From IMG/VR virus record IMGVR_UViG_2778261122_000005, positions 1-12,956 of that record: DNA of 12,956 bases; one strand, 5' to 3'. Numbering within the stretch: the stretch's first letter is position 1; each line of letters starts with the position of its first letter. Below the pieces are notes generated by a model that saw only the letters and a program-made list of their open reading frames with translations, had not been told where the DNA came from and searched no databases. This stretch comes from a virus. Its lineage: Duplodnaviria; Heunggongvirae; Uroviricota; Caudoviricetes. Both the position numbers and the translations under genes were made by a program. Positions 1 to 7,421 of this stretch are shown one piece after another.

Positions 1-161
1 AGTTTGCTCCTGCCATAACGTGAAGAAGCAATGACCTGGTGGTCCGTGACTTCCCTACGCTGGCATTATCCAGATCAGGTGATACGGGTATTTCTTACTA
101 TTTTTTGTTATCAGTTGATAATTAATAAGTTTTTCAGCACAGAAGAATTAAAAACCTCAAA

Positions 162-231
162 ACTGACCACACAACTGACCACACATTTCGTTGAAGCTCT
201 ACGAACAACGACGAACAATAACAAACAAAAG
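162..231. repeat. Tandem 12-bp repeat ACTGACCACACA x2 (162..185) followed by 10-bp-phased ACGAACAA repeats (201..231)
   Basis: Direct reading of the sequence. A similar phased CGAACAA motif recurs at ~7321..7350 upstream of the plus-strand gene. Confidence 0.5.
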
Positions 232-272
232 GGAAATTTGCTGGCGGTTTTGCTTAACCGTTATCATTTTCC

Positions 273-358
273 GGCTATCCGCCATGAAGCTGGTGGATGT
301 TTTTTCTATGCAGATTTGCATAGTTCCAAATGAGGCTGGTAGATGATCACGGATAGCC
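273..358. repeat. Compound dyad element: outer inverted repeats GGCTATCCG / CGGATAGCC, inner direct repeats GCTGGTGGATG / GCTGGTAGATG, central 18-bp palindrome CTATGCAGATTTGCATAG
   Basis: Seen in sequence. Outer inverted repeats at ~273..281 and ~350..358, central palindrome at ~306..323. No canonical U-tract on either strand, so it is more likely a protein-binding or recombination site than a terminator. Confidence 0.45.
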
Positions 359-524
359 CGTTATGGGAATCCCCATATCGGCATCACGCCCACCAGCGCG
401 ACGCATTTTTTTTAATTTCGCGGGTGTAAAAATTTGACGAGGCGTGCGGTCCCATAAGCAATAGGTTGTAGGGATTTCGATCCCCCCTCCTGAATGCAAT
501 TTTTCGTATATATATACAAAACAG

Positions 525-680
525 TGCGGGTTATGCGGGTTAGCGGGTTATCTTCGCGTGCTAAGTATTTTTTATTCTTTAATATCAATGTGTTAAAAAA
601 CAACGTATTTAAATATCAGCCAGAATGTAACCCGCAAGACATTCAAAATAACCCGCAAACACCCCTCAAATAACCCGCAA
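525..680. repeat. Iteron cluster B (distal, crr-like): three contiguous TGCGGGTTA repeats, an AT-rich spacer, then three TAACCCGCA repeats at ~21-bp spacing
   Basis: Seen in sequence: (T/A)GCGGGTTA at 525..533, 534..542 and 542..550; AT-rich spacer ~551..627 preceded by a (TA)n run at ~507..517; TAACCCGCA at ~628, ~648 and ~671. Same 9-mer as cluster A, in mirrored arrangement. Confidence 0.6.
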
Positions 681-759
681 AAACATCCCTGAAAGTGGGT
701 GCCGGTAATACTGAAAATTTATTCCATTAAATGAGCATTGTCCTCTCTCATCCATTCCG

Positions 760-2421
760 TTACACACCATCAAACGCCGCAAGCCGCTCTTTGTGGCTGT
801 CGCTCATATCGAATGCAAATTCCTCATGCTCTGCCTGGAATGTGCCAAACGCCATCAGCGCCGCAACGCTCGGGTCTATCTTGTTGGATGATTTTTTCTT
901 GTTCGGCTTGATATTGGCGTTAGCGTCACTCTGCATCACAACATTACTCATTGACCAGGCCAGCACCGGATCACCACGATGCACAATCACCTTCCGGTTA
1001 ACAAAAACTTCGAACGATTTCGCCGCCGGACTGAAACGAAGGTATGTTTGCGGGAACGGCTCCACCTCAAATCCTGCCCCCTGTAGCTGCGTCCTCAGGT
1101 GCGTGGCGTTCCATGTATCGAAGCCCACCAGCCTGATATTGAAATTCTCTGCATCCGCCATGATGTCATCACGGATACGGTCATAATCAATGCAGTCACC
1201 CGGTGTTGTGCGTATCCAGCCCGCCTTTACCCACTGGCGATAGATGGCGCGGTTTTTATTGGCGGGGTTCTGTAGCTGAAATTCCGGCAGATAGTGACGG
1301 GAAACCAGCATAATCTTTTTACCGACCGGAAAGGCATAGCACACGCTGGAAATATCGCTGGTTGATGATAAGTCCAGCCCCGCGTAGCACTCCTGCCCGT
1401 ATAAATCCGCCTCCGCGAACGTTCCGGCGCACTCCGCCCATGCACCGTTACCCATCCACGGCGTAGCCCCCTGACACCAGATATTGAATCGCTTGGTGAG
1501 CATTTCCACCCACTGCGACGGAATACCCCGCGCTTTCTGGATGGTTGAGGCCAGTTTTTCACGATCGACGGAAACATCGATATTTGGATTCGCCTTTATC
1601 CACATCGCCGGATCGTCAACCTCGCTTTCATCATCCAGCTCGTAAATCAGAACGAACATGGATTCGTTCATCTCTTCACCATCCAGTATCTGACAGCAAT
1701 AGTCATAGTGTTGTTTACAGGCTGAAACAACGTTGCTCCCCGATGTGGTAATGGCAAATAACAGCCCTTCGGGACGTGCGCCCATCCCCATATCAAGTGC
1801 GGAATAAACCCCGTTGTCTGGGTGCAGGTGATATTCATCCACAATGGCAAGACTCGGGTTTGTCCCCTCAATGGTTGCCGCTTTTGCTGCCAGTGGCTTT
1901 AACAGGCTGTTGGTTTTCGGGTGTATCACCTTATGCGCCTGAATATTCACCCGCCTGCGTAACGGTCGGGATAAAAGGCACATCTGACGCGCATCATCAA
2001 AGACGATCCGCGCCTGGTCACGGCTCACCGCTGCGGTGTAGATATCCTGCTGACCGTTCTCCATAATCAGAAACCAGTTAGCCAGAATCGCGGCGGTCGT
2101 GGATTTCGCATTTTTGCGCGGCACTTCGATAAAGGCGCTCGTGTATTTGCGCCGTCCGGTGGCCTTAACCTTAAAGCCGAGGATGCACGCAAAGGCGAAC
2201 TGCTGCCACGGCTCCAGCTCAATGGGTCTGCCACGCATCGGTCCTTTTACGTGCGGACACACCCTGGAAAAGGCAATAAACCGCTCCACGACCTCCGGAT
2301 CGAACGTGTAAAGGGGGTTTTCAAGGTCAGAAAAATACCGTTTAACGGCCTGTTTCAGTCGTTTACAGGCCGTAATTTTGCCGTTTTTTACGCCTTCTGC
2401 GTACTCATGCCAGGTGGTCAA
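760..2421 (-). CDS. terL: Terminase large subunit
   Basis: 553-aa ORF whose sequence reads as a phage large terminase (ATPase plus nuclease). It lies immediately downstream of and overlapping the small terminase. Apparent TTG start at 2421, preceded by a GAGGAAGAGGA Shine-Dalgarno-like stretch inside the terS 3' end. Confidence 0.88.
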   Translation of the reverse strand: MTTWHEYAEGVKNGKITACKRLKQAVKRYFSDLENPLYTFDPEVVERFIAFSRVCPHVKGPMRGRPIELEPWQQFAFACILGFKVKATGRRKYTSAFIEVPRKNAKSTTAAILANWFLIMENGQQDIYTAAVSRDQARIVFDDARQMCLLSRPLRRRVNIQAHKVIHPKTNSLLKPLAAKAATIEGTNPSLAIVDEYHLHPDNGVYSALDMGMGARPEGLLFAITTSGSNVVSACKQHYDYCCQILDGEEMNESMFVLIYELDDESEVDDPAMWIKANPNIDVSVDREKLASTIQKARGIPSQWVEMLTKRFNIWCQGATPWMGNGAWAECAGTFAEADLYGQECYAGLDLSSTSDISSVCYAFPVGKKIMLVSRHYLPEFQLQNPANKNRAIYRQWVKAGWIRTTPGDCIDYDRIRDDIMADAENFNIRLVGFDTWNATHLRTQLQGAGFEVEPFPQTYLRFSPAAKSFEVFVNRKVIVHRGDPVLAWSMSNVVMQSDANANIKPNKKKSSNKIDPSVAALMAFGTFQAEHEEFAFDMSDSHKERLAAFDGV

Positions 2422-2761
2422 GCTCGTCCTCTTCCTCTGTTTCCGGTGGATTTCTGCGGCGGCTTACCGGGTCAAAACCCAGCAAAGAAGCCATTTTGAT
2501 CATTATTCTTTCTGCGTCAGCCTTTGCGCTCAGGGCGGGGTTTCTGCTCTCGCTGCCCTGACTGTTAACAATGCTGAAGCCGCGTGTCGCAAGGTCTTCG
2601 ACGGCTTTGCGGTATAGGGAGTAGTTAACGCAATACAGTTCCAGATTGCTCCAGTCGGCGGGGGTAAGGTCTTCCCGCCCGGAAAGCTGGCGCGATTTTT
2701 CCTTCCACTGCCTGACCGCGATTTCATCCAGGTAAGCGGGGGCTTTTGGTGGTCTTGCCAT
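2405..2761 (-). CDS. terS: Terminase small subunit (P27-type)
   Basis: Start set at the internal ATG (2761) giving MARPPKAPAYLDE..., the characteristic N-terminus of P27-family small terminases. The longer track ORF (to 2902) has an implausible N-terminal extension. Acidic C-terminal tail, stop overlapping terL start. Confidence 0.75.
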   Translation of the reverse strand: MARPPKAPAYLDEIAVRQWKEKSRQLSGREDLTPADWSNLELYCVNYSLYRKAVEDLATRGFSIVNSQGSESRNPALSAKADAERIMIKMASLLGFDPVSRRRNPPETEEEDELDHLA

Positions 2762-3049
2762 GTTCTTTTTTCGCCCAATTATTTTCAAAAAAATTCCCGT
2801 GCACAAAAATTTGAGGAGGCGGTCGGTGTCCGGCATGGACGGTTTCGTCCTGAAAACCTCCCCCACCCCCTCTGACGGCCTCACCAGCGATTGCGAAAAC
2901 ATTCCATGACCTCGCGGTCACGGTCGGTTAATCGCTTCGCTGTGGTGCGTTCTGTGCGCCCTGTCCTGTTGGCTTTGTGCTCTGTCTCCTGTGTCTTCCA
3001 TGTGTCACGCTGCCTTATCAGTCCACGTATCAGCCTGTTTTGCTCCTGT
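2762..3049. other. Putative cos (cohesive end) packaging site region
   Basis: A 288-bp non-coding gap sits exactly between the HNH endonuclease and terS, where HNH-associated cos phages place cos (established knowledge). It contains GACCTCGCGG (~2908..2917), identical to a 10-mer in lambda cosN as I recall it, plus GC-rich tracts (CCCCCACCCCC ~2858..2870). Confidence 0.4.
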
Positions 3050-3490
3050 TCAGTCATCATCGCCATACATCCAGTCGTTACGGTGTGCTGCCCGTTCTTC
3101 CTGATCGCGATACATGCCCGCCTTACGGTTCGCTTTCGTGGCTGGATCTTCCCGTGTCGTCTTACGGTTGTGGCACGTCTGACACAATGCCTGGTGATTC
3201 CACTCAGGCCAGAAGAGAACATCACCGCCGCCATTGATGGGGATAATGTGATCCACCACAAAGGCTGGCGTATAAATACCCTCAGCCAGACAACGCACAC
3301 ATAACGGATTTTTTTTCAGGTACATGGCGCGGTATTTGTCCCACTGTCGGGAATACCCGCGCGCGCGGCGGTGTCCCCGTCTGGCATCCTCTGCACGCCA
3401 TGCAGCCCGCCTGTGCTCTTCACACTTGCCGGACTTCACGCGCTTATTACAGCCCGGCTCAGTGCATCGCCTTAATGGTTGCCATGGCAT
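3050..3490 (-). CDS. HNH endonuclease (terminase-associated)
   Basis: 146-aa protein with Cys pairs and HNH signature (..VVDHIIPINGGG..NHQALCQTCHNRKT). Start overlaps the stop of the upstream connector gene. Typical position upstream of cos/terS. Confidence 0.85.
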   Translation of the reverse strand: MPWQPLRRCTEPGCNKRVKSGKCEEHRRAAWRAEDARRGHRRARGYSRQWDKYRAMYLKKNPLCVRCLAEGIYTPAFVVDHIIPINGGGDVLFWPEWNHQALCQTCHNRKTTREDPATKANRKAGMYRDQEERAAHRNDWMYGDDD

Positions 3491-3786
3491 CAGTACACCC
3501 CCACATCACGATAAACCGACCAGAGCGCGGAAATCGTCAGGGGAATTTCTTTTGTATCGGTATCGCCAAGCGTTGTCCGGTACTCGTACAGTTGCGAGAT
3601 GTACATCAGGCAACCAATTTTTATTGCAGGGGTAAATTCCAGGCCGTCATCAAAACGCCTGCCAATATGCTTCTGGCATACCTCCAGCGCCGCACTTATG
3701 TATGCCTGAATCAGTGTGTCTTCTGTGTTACCATCTATGCGGCAGTGAAGTTTGGCCTCTTCCAGGGTTATTTTTTCTGCTGTCAT
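3490..3786 (-). CDS. Head-tail connector protein (gp6-like, DNA-packaging family)
   Basis: 98-aa protein; N-terminus MTAEKITLEEAKLHCRIDGNTEDTLIQAYISAA matches the conserved pattern of gp6-like connector proteins. ATGA overlap with the upstream gene. Confidence 0.7.
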   Translation of the reverse strand: MTAEKITLEEAKLHCRIDGNTEDTLIQAYISAALEVCQKHIGRRFDDGLEFTPAIKIGCLMYISQLYEYRTTLGDTDTKEIPLTISALWSVYRDVGVY

Positions 3787-4121
3787 TTTTCTGTACCCAC
3801 CTTTGCCAGAATTTCCAGCCGGGTTCTTTTCGCATCAGGTAAGGGGATCCCGATGATATTAAGCGTGCTCCCGGCAAAAGCGCCGGTAAGCATTTTCAGG
3901 CGACTGGCGGCGGATATGTCGCCACGATAGCGAACCCATACCCGAATCGTTGCAGGTGCGGTTTCTGCGCCTGCGGTCAGTAATTCCCGTCCGCTGATCC
4001 CCTTGACCTCTGCCCAGATGGTTTCCCCTTCCGTCCATATCTGCTGGATCGCACCTGACGGCAGGCGCTGTGTGGTAAATGTCATAATCGTCACCCGGTC
4101 CCGCATCTTTCCGGCTATCAT
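3783..4121 (-). CDS. Head closure / head-tail adaptor protein (SPP1 gp16-like)
   Basis: 112-aa protein with the IRxWVRYRGDI..-type motif typical of head-tail joining proteins. ATGA overlap with the portal stop. An alternative ATG at 4106 is possible. Confidence 0.65.
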   Translation of the reverse strand: MIAGKMRDRVTIMTFTTQRLPSGAIQQIWTEGETIWAEVKGISGRELLTAGAETAPATIRVWVRYRGDISAASRLKMLTGAFAGSTLNIIGIPLPDAKRTRLEILAKVGTEK

Positions 4122-5341
4122 TCGTCACCGCCCTTACTGTTCTTGCTGATTGTCACTTCCTGCTTCCATGCCTGGCTGAACTCGTCGCCACCTTCACGCG
4201 GCGGCATTCCCTCACGCTCACGGGCTTCGTTCGGATTCATGATCCCGTTCTTAATCCCTTTCTCATACGTGGCGTAACGTTCGGTAGGGGTGGCGCGTAA
4301 TAAATCGGCTGAATCAAACTCAACCAGATAACGGGTACCAGGTACGGGAGAAGCCACCAGCAAAGCGGCCTTGATTTGCTGTTCGAAGTTCGCCAGCCAC
4401 GGGCGCATTGTCATGGTCAGAAACGCACGGCTTGCCTCGCTGAAATTGCTGTAGGTGCTGTTGCTGTATTCCTGCAGAAAAATAGGCGATACGTTGAACA
4501 TGCGGGCGATGTCTTCAATGGAGAAGCGACGGGAGGCCAGCCATTCCGCATCCTGGTTACTCATTCCCAGTTGCTTGTAATCCATGCCCCCTTCAAGAAT
4601 TGGCGTTTTTCCGGCATTTTTCGCCCCCTTGTAGCGTTCCAGAGCATCTAATGCCTGTTTACCTTTCACGCCGTCCAGCCATTCACCTGACGTGATAATC
4701 CCTGCCGCCATCATGCCATCTTTCATAATGCTGGCTCCGTGGCGCTGTTGAGCAAGACCAAGCCCCAGCGCCTCACGGCAAATCGTGACAGGGGAGCGCC
4801 CCAGAAAGCCATCATCCGAGGCATAGCGGAGATGCAGAACTTCTTCCTGTAAATACGTGCGCACCGTTCCTGTATAGGGTTCGGTGATGGTATAGCGGTA
4901 TTTGTGTGCGCCTGTGCGTTCCGGTACAACACACCCCGGCGCATAAGGATGAAGTGATTTTGGCTGTCCGTCCCGCCCCCACTCAATAACCGCATAGGCG
5001 TTACCGTTCAGCAGGCAGTGACGCATCATTGTGCGTTTAAACTGGTAAGGTGTCTGGCATGAATTAGGCTGCTCATTCAGCAGAATATCTACCGGGTGAC
5101 TGTCCAGCCATTCCCGCGCCTCTCTGCCCTTATCATTGCGTACAAGATACAGGTAACACGGCATCGTGGCCACCGCCTCAGAGATAACAGAAACCGCGTT
5201 CATCACAGCAGGCAATGATTCAGCCGTCCCGGCAGAAACATATTCTCCAGATCCGGTATTTGGTACGCCGGACAGCGCCAGAAAATCATCAATGGACAGG
5301 TTACGCTGCTCGCTTTTTTTACGACTAAAAGGCCACCACAT
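4118..5341 (-). CDS. Portal protein, HK97 family
   Basis: Sequence reads as an HK97-family portal. Start chosen at ATG 5341 (MWWPFSRKK...), one nucleotide after the protease stop. The track ORF start at 5431 is a TTG and would overlap the protease by ~90 nt. Confidence 0.85.
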   Translation of the reverse strand: MWWPFSRKKSEQRNLSIDDFLALSGVPNTGSGEYVSAGTAESLPAVMNAVSVISEAVATMPCYLYLVRNDKGREAREWLDSHPVDILLNEQPNSCQTPYQFKRTMMRHCLLNGNAYAVIEWGRDGQPKSLHPYAPGCVVPERTGAHKYRYTITEPYTGTVRTYLQEEVLHLRYASDDGFLGRSPVTICREALGLGLAQQRHGASIMKDGMMAAGIITSGEWLDGVKGKQALDALERYKGAKNAGKTPILEGGMDYKQLGMSNQDAEWLASRRFSIEDIARMFNVSPIFLQEYSNSTYSNFSEASRAFLTMTMRPWLANFEQQIKAALLVASPVPGTRYLVEFDSADLLRATPTERYATYEKGIKNGIMNPNEAREREGMPPREGGDEFSQAWKQEVTISKNSKGGDE

Positions 5342-5342
5342 A

Positions 5343-5903
5343 TCACAACCCCGCCAGCTCAGCCCAGCGATGACGATTATTTCCTGTCGGACGTAATTCG
5401 GGGTGCTGTGCAAACAACGAACGGTGGGCAATCTCCACGCCAGATTCTGGATAAGCAGGCATCGACGTTATTGTGATTTCTCGGAGTTCAGCGGCGGTTA
5501 CGGTACGCAGATACGGTTTTTGCGCGATACTCCACTCCTCGCATAATGCGCGAAAACCAAAGCTCATTCCTGTAATGTCGCCACGCTCCACCAGCGTAAG
5601 CACATCTTTTCCAAGCTGGGTATCCGGCGGTGTCAGCTCAAAACGTAACCCGGTGTTATCCTCAGTCAGTACCAGAGTGCCGGATTTGGTGCGCCCCAGC
5701 AGTTGGGTATAGTCATGCTCATACAGGCAGCGCACATCATTACCCGCCGCCAGATAGTCAGCAAAAGCCCCCGGCGTGAACTGTTCGCGGAATTCGTCCC
5801 AGATAATTTCTGAAAGGCTGTTCCAGCGAACGGCATAACCCACCAGCTTTTTATTGCTGGCGGTCAGTTCAGATGTGCGGATTTCAAAATCGGTGTTTTT
5901 CAT
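5343..5903 (-). CDS. Prohead protease, HK97 family
   Basis: 186-aa protein with conserved prohead protease motifs (GYAVRWN..., FTPGAF, ...HD..., TGMSFGF). ATG at 5903. Confidence 0.8.
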   Translation of the reverse strand: MKNTDFEIRTSELTASNKKLVGYAVRWNSLSEIIWDEFREQFTPGAFADYLAAGNDVRCLYEHDYTQLLGRTKSGTLVLTEDNTGLRFELTPPDTQLGKDVLTLVERGDITGMSFGFRALCEEWSIAQKPYLRTVTAAELREITITSMPAYPESGVEIAHRSLFAQHPELRPTGNNRHRWAELAGL

Positions 5904-5920
5904 CGGTGTACTCCATAAAG

Positions 5921-5950
5921 CTGAAAAAGGAGGCCGCAGCCTCCTCCTTA
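5921..5950 (-). terminator. Intergenic hairpin between capsid and protease genes (possible partial terminator / attenuator)
   Basis: 7-bp GC-rich stem AGGAGGC / GCCTCCT with a 4-nt loop at ~5928..5945, followed on the minus strand by a short U-tract (TTTTT). Sits directly after the capsid stop codon. Confidence 0.35.
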
Positions 5951-5957
5951 CTCATGA

Positions 5958-7127
5958 CTAGCCAGCTTTCATTTCCAGAATTTTGATGGCGTTTGAATCC
6001 ACCACACCACCGCCCAGATATTTATCCGTGTGGACCTTGTAGAATCCGGGTTCAGTAATGTTGTCCGGTCGGGTGCGAATCCCTGTTACATGATCAACGA
6101 TGAAATAACCACGACTGAAATCGCCAACCGCCAGCGGTGCTTTTCCTGCGCCGATGTCCGGCATGGACTCCAGGCAGTAAACAGGACGACCAAGCAACAT
6201 ATCCGGCGCACCTTCTTTAAGGCTGTCGCGCCAGATATAATCGCCGTTCTCATTTTTCAGCTTCTGTAGTGTCCCTGCCGTGCCCGAGTTCATCACCCAG
6301 ACGGCATTTTTGCGGTATTTCGCTTTCAGCTTGTAGAGAATGTCGATCAGTTCGTCCGCTGTAATGGCGGTTCCACTTGCCGCTACCATTTTTTCAATGG
6401 TGCCAAAAGCGCGGGTTTTGTCACTGGTCGCCGCACGGGTGTAAGCCATGAATCCTTTCGGCTTGCCGTTACCGTCGCCATTAACAAAATCATCCTCTTC
6501 GGTGCTGGCGAACGTGTCGGCAATTTCGGAGGATAACCAGCCCAGAATATCCACCTCTGAAAAATCCAGGATTTCCTGCGTGGTTTTCGGGTAGGCGTAG
6601 ATCGGATTCAGCTTGATGGTTACGCGTTCAATTTTCGGGGTGTTGGTTTCGCTGCGCGCGCTGCCTTCTGTGCCTCTTCCTACAGTTGCGCCGCCAGTGG
6701 AAACCAGTTTCTGAAACTCATTTGATTTTGCGGTCTTCACGGTCGCGATCACGCGCATAACACTGTCATCCTGTAGCTGGCGCATGACTTCGCGATCAAG
6801 CTCAGGAATTACGGTATATCCGCCATCCCTGCCGCTGTCAGTGCTGGTGGACAGTGATCGCACATCTCCGGTTACGATATAGTTACGCAATTCATCAGAT
6901 GATAATTTCTGGATACTCGTTCCTGGCTTGCTGCGTTCTTCATCAGCCACAGACTCGAGGCGGGAAATTTCTGTGTCGAGGGAATCGGCTTTTGCACGCA
7001 GTTCATCAAACTGTTTGCCTTCGTCATCGTTCAGGCTGCGGTTTTCACTGTCTGCTTTTTCCAGCAGGGATCGCATCTGGTTTTTCAGGGCGGTTTTTTG
7101 CTGGCGGAGTTCGATTAATTTCTTCAT
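5958..7127 (-). CDS. Major capsid protein, HK97 fold, with N-terminal coiled-coil (scaffold/delta-like) region
   Basis: 389-aa protein; the N-terminal ~100 aa are charged and coiled-coil-like (LRQQKTALKNQMRSLLEKAD...ELRAKADSLDTEISRLESV), followed by a region reading as an HK97-type capsid fold. First gene of the head operon. Confidence 0.85.
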   Translation of the reverse strand: MKKLIELRQQKTALKNQMRSLLEKADSENRSLNDDEGKQFDELRAKADSLDTEISRLESVADEERSKPGTSIQKLSSDELRNYIVTGDVRSLSTSTDSGRDGGYTVIPELDREVMRQLQDDSVMRVIATVKTAKSNEFQKLVSTGGATVGRGTEGSARSETNTPKIERVTIKLNPIYAYPKTTQEILDFSEVDILGWLSSEIADTFASTEEDDFVNGDGNGKPKGFMAYTRAATSDKTRAFGTIEKMVAASGTAITADELIDILYKLKAKYRKNAVWVMNSGTAGTLQKLKNENGDYIWRDSLKEGAPDMLLGRPVYCLESMPDIGAGKAPLAVGDFSRGYFIVDHVTGIRTRPDNITEPGFYKVHTDKYLGGGVVDSNAIKILEMKAG

Positions 7128-7421
7128 GAAGGTTTTCTCGTATTGGTTAAAATTCAGGACGTGAAACCAACACGGAGGGAGCGCCGCCCGACACTCTCGG
7201 CATCTCGCAGATCAACCCGGCATCGCGCAGGGGGTCAGGCGGCATTGTGGCGGCTCACGTCTGAGTGCCACACGCCAACATATACATAAAAATCAGTATG
7301 TAAACACCAGCAGGAAACACCGAACAACTACGAAAAAACACGAACAAAGAATTTACAAAACCTGAAAAAATAAATAAGCTGTTCCGTACATTTTCTGCTC
7401 GTTAATCAGGAGGAACGAACT
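7128..7421. promoter_or_regulatory. Divergent intergenic control region for the head operon (minus) and the plus-strand cargo gene
   Basis: A 294-bp non-coding region containing direct repeats CGGCATC(T)CGCAG (~7197..7232), an interrupted dyad TGTGGCGGCTCA-N3-TGAGTGCCACA (~7246..7272), phased CGAACAA repeats (~7321..7350), -35/-10-like hexamers TTTACA / TAAATA with non-ideal spacing, and a strong AGGAGG Shine-Dalgarno 8 nt before the ATG at 7422. Confidence 0.4.

Noticed and set aside
31-333. 100-aa plus-strand ORF
   Set aside because: Spans tandem repeats and the dyad element, has low-complexity composition (Thr/Asn/Lys runs) and no ribosome-binding site. More likely non-coding regulatory or recombination sequence.
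455-490. tRNA 3'-end-like stretch (GGGATTTCGATCCC) that could mark a tRNA-associated att site
   Set aside because: The stem-loop gives a 4-nt loop rather than a 7-nt T-loop, there is no acceptor stem or CCA, and no complete cloverleaf could be folded by eye on either strand.
412-603. 63-aa minus-strand ORF
   Set aside because: Overlaps iteron cluster B and the AT-rich spacer. No ribosome-binding site. Likely spurious.
731-1186. 151-aa plus-strand ORF
   Set aside because: Lies entirely antisense within the large terminase gene. Likely a shadow ORF.
2762-2902. N-terminal extension of the small terminase ORF to the ATG at 2902
   Set aside because: The extension does not look like protein sequence, whereas the internal ATG at 2761 yields the canonical MARPPK small-terminase N-terminus.
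2881-3304. Overlapping ORFs of 139 aa (minus) and 137 aa (plus) across the HNH / cos region
   Set aside because: They overlap the HNH gene out of frame or lie in the putative cos region, and have Cys/Arg-rich low-complexity composition. Likely spurious.
3324-3930. Plus-strand ORFs of 103 and 176 aa
   Set aside because: Antisense to the coupled HNH, connector and adaptor genes. No supporting signals.
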